Below are positions 61,501 through 64,000 of a stretch of DNA of 64,000 nucleotides, piece by piece (position 1 is the stretch's first letter; the number at the start of each line of letters is the position of its first letter). Source of the stretch: Macrostomum lignano. Lineage: Eukaryota. The stretch is taken from assembly GCA_002269645.1 (NCBI GenBank), contig NIVC01000412.1, positions 558,001 through 622,000 of the forward strand. Direction: 5' to 3'. The notes under the pieces are model-generated. The model had not been told where the DNA came from. It was given only the letters and a program-made list of their open reading frames with translations, and made no database searches. The translations under genes and the position numbers were made by a program.

Positions 61501-64000
61501 TCTAAACACAAAGATTTCAAAGACGCCTGTCTAGTTGCGTATGAAAATGTGCTACGAAACCAACGGTTGTGTGGAAACGTATTAGAATCAGCTTTTTCAA
61601 CGTCTAATCCAGAACTTTTAAATGCCGCAGTTAAAATATGTGCTGAGTGTCTTCGGCACAGCTGCAGTGAACGCAGCGAGATCGTAGTAGAATACTTTCT
61701 GCAAAAAGATGTCCTAAAGTCGAAGAATCATCAGCCAAATAGGTAAGTTTTGTTTTGATGCAGCTGAAAACAGAAAAAATATTATCATACATAGGGTACT
61801 CGTAGCTATAGTCAGTTTTTATTTCCATAATCGATGCTGATCGAAAAATAACCAAGAACGACTTAATTATAATCGCTTTATTGTAGTATCGTACTATTGC
61901 TTTGCAGGGGTTGTTTTAGTATATTAATGTGATGTTTTCATATTTTGCATAAATTTAGTTTATAAAATAATAAATATTGAATAAATGGTTAAAAGATAGC
62001 CGTCTACATGCCACGTTTTGATAAAGGCAAAATTCAAGGTTCAGCCTTCGAAAAAATTGCCATCATTTATGAGTGCAGAGTCCTTAAGTAGTCGTTGAAA
62101 ATAACTTAACGCCCAGCTTGAAGCAGTAGGCCTGGAGTAACTATATTTTACTTCAGTAGCTAGTTTTTTAAACTACGAGTATCTCGTAGCTGAAACATTC
62201 CATCTATTTATTAACTGAGCTCTGCCATGAAAATGAAATATAACCAAATTCAAAAATGTTTTTAGCACCAAAATTTGAAAATATGCAGCCCAGAGATGTT
62301 AGTGGTAAAAGGTAAAATTTGCATTTTTTCATTTTTCTGTTTTAGAGATACTGTGAGCCTCATGGTGGAATTATTGCGCGCTTCTTTAAAGAATGCCTGG
62401 GAAGTCGAACAGCAAATTCAGGTTCTGCGTCAACATTGCCATATCTGGCAGTGGGTTGAATCAGCTGCAAATGAAGAATTGTCCTCGGAATTTGGAAAAG
62501 AAGCAGTAAATTGCCTTGGAAGCTTATCCGCCTACTTTCAAATGTTTACCAGCTTCAATCTCACAGCCAATGACTTCAATGCTTTCGTCACTGTCTATAT
62601 GAGTGATGAAAATGAAGAGCGCCAAACATGCGAGGCAATAGATTCTATTGCAAATTTGCTACTGCATAATCAAGTTGGAAGAGTAAATTTCCAAGAAGTT
62701 GTCAAAGAAGGGAAGTCTGCTATCGATACTTGGCTGCATCAACAGATGGCAATGAAAAAAATTATAGCTTTCTTTACTGAAGTTAAGACGTCATATGGCG
62801 TCAATTTAACTGATCTTAAGGAGGTCGAAAGGGACTTTACCGAGTTTATGAGACATAGCGAAAATATCAAAATCTGTGAAATGCTTCACACTTCCGTCTT
62901 AAAGAGATTCGGAATCGACGTAAATATGCTGGGCGTCAATTTAGACCCGAATACTGCTCTTCAGTCATCTGTTTTCAACTATTTCTTTCGGAAAGTCGCT
63001 ACAGAGCAAAGCTCTCTTAGCAGCTCTGGTATAACTTGCTCACAATTTTGGCACGATGTTTTTCCAGTAGCTTTTGATCAATACACCAAATTTGTATCAA
63101 AGAGTCTTGTGGCTGAAGAGGTCAGCCTAAAGGATATTGAGGATATTTCACAAAGTTTGGAAGGAAATTTTAACCTTTCGAATGAGTTTCAACTGCTCGA
63201 GAAAATTTTGTTAAATAGCCGAGGCATTGAAAACTTTTACAAAGTGCTGTCGAGGAATGAGTGGAAAAGTAGACTTAGTGCACTTTTGTGGCTTCATGAA
63301 ACTTTATCTGTGTGTCCTGAGAAAGAAAAGCAAAGCATCTCGGACAGCTCAAACAGCTCAAGTCAAAATTTCAGTGAAGATTCACGTGTGCTGGAACTAT
63401 TACATGAGTACCTAAATCTGCCTAGCGGCATCACATTGTCAACGTTCTTGCAGTTGCACAATGACTTGTCCAATGAATTTAATTCGGTCACTGAGAACGC
63501 TTGGTGCGTTATTGAACGCGTTTTCAACTGTAGAGACGGAATTGTAAAATTTATTCGGGAGCAGGCAGGTTCTGACTTCCAGCACTTAATGGACTGTGAA
63601 ATTGCTGGTCAAGATGTGAGCATTTCAACTATCAACTCATTATTTCTGCTACAACGTGCAATGAAGCCGCTTTTCTCAAGTTCGCAGCCTTTAATACATG
63701 AGATATTTAAATGTATCAATCGCTCAATCAGCTCTATTGGATGTCATATTCAGTCCCGTGACGCATCAGAGGATACGGCTACGAAAAATTTGTTAGAAAG
63801 GTTGAATGAATGTGAGAAAAACCTAAATGCGATTCGAGAACTTCACTCTAGCGTTGGGTCGCATGGAGAGACTTCAAAAAAATTTGCACTTGAATTTGTT
63901 AGCCTAAAATCGGACCAGTCGGACCAGGTTACTGTCACCATAAAGATTATTGAAACAGCTATTGACAGTTTGAATTCATCTGCATTGAGTGACGAGAAAG
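55543..64000 (+). CDS. very large multi-exon protein running off the window (possibly RNF213-like); exons 55543-55582, 55980-56400, 56559-57276, small exon(s) including 59549-59617, 59701-61742, 62346->64000
   Basis: GT-AG junctions with matching phases (1, 2, 0, 0, 2). The last exon is open to 64000. Sequence is helical and Leu/Cys-rich. The RNF213-like impression comes only from KFIREQ..DFQHLMD...TINSLF; no ATPase or RING domain is in the window. Exons at 57.3-59.5 kb are uncertain. Confidence 0.7.
56630..57225 (+). repeat. 42-bp coding minisatellite (ATDTDADTTAAKSA)n
   Basis: About 14 in-frame units inside the exon 56559-57276. Confidence 0.9.
57598..58578. mobile_element. non-autonomous TIR element with asymmetric 15-bp subterminal arrays (ttgcttgccgaact)
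   Basis: The array at about 57610-57950 is inverted at about 58435-58565, and the termini are imperfectly inverted. Confidence 0.75.
58700..58778. repeat. (cactt)n microsatellite
   Basis: Degenerate pentamer run. Confidence 0.8.

Overview
This is eukaryotic (animal) genomic DNA: GC-rich spliced genes sit among micro/minisatellites and transposon debris. The composition resembles a free-living flatworm such as Macrostomum, but that is an impression, not a demonstration. Genes supported: (1) the first exon of a Cys-string protein (minus strand, 5.1 kb); (2) a 5-exon C10orf67-like DUF4709/DUF4724 coiled-coil gene (9708-16135); (3) an intronless Src-family kinase nested antisense in intron 2 of that gene, lacking both the myristoylation Gly and the inhibitory tail Tyr; (4) its 3-exon canonical Src paralogue (22043-26344); (5) a 3-exon Rab10-like gene (39534-47872); (6) a very large gene beginning at 55543 that runs off the window. 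Rab intron 2 holds the strongest candidate for a novel system. It is a 4.86-kb TIR element (CCC termini, CCGG-rich subterminal arrays, no recognisable transposase) carrying a stand-alone LOTUS/OST-HTH gene and a coiled-coil BEN-domain gene. Other notable items are a TA-flanked MITE family carrying a 64-bp 28S rRNA fragment altered at the R2/I-PpoI/Pokey target site, degenerate Penelope-type hammerhead ribozymes, a ~36-copy AP-1-motif minisatellite, an exonised 42-bp minisatellite, and a near-intact mariner inside a BEL/Pao remnant. All domain calls come from recalled motifs; no database search was run.
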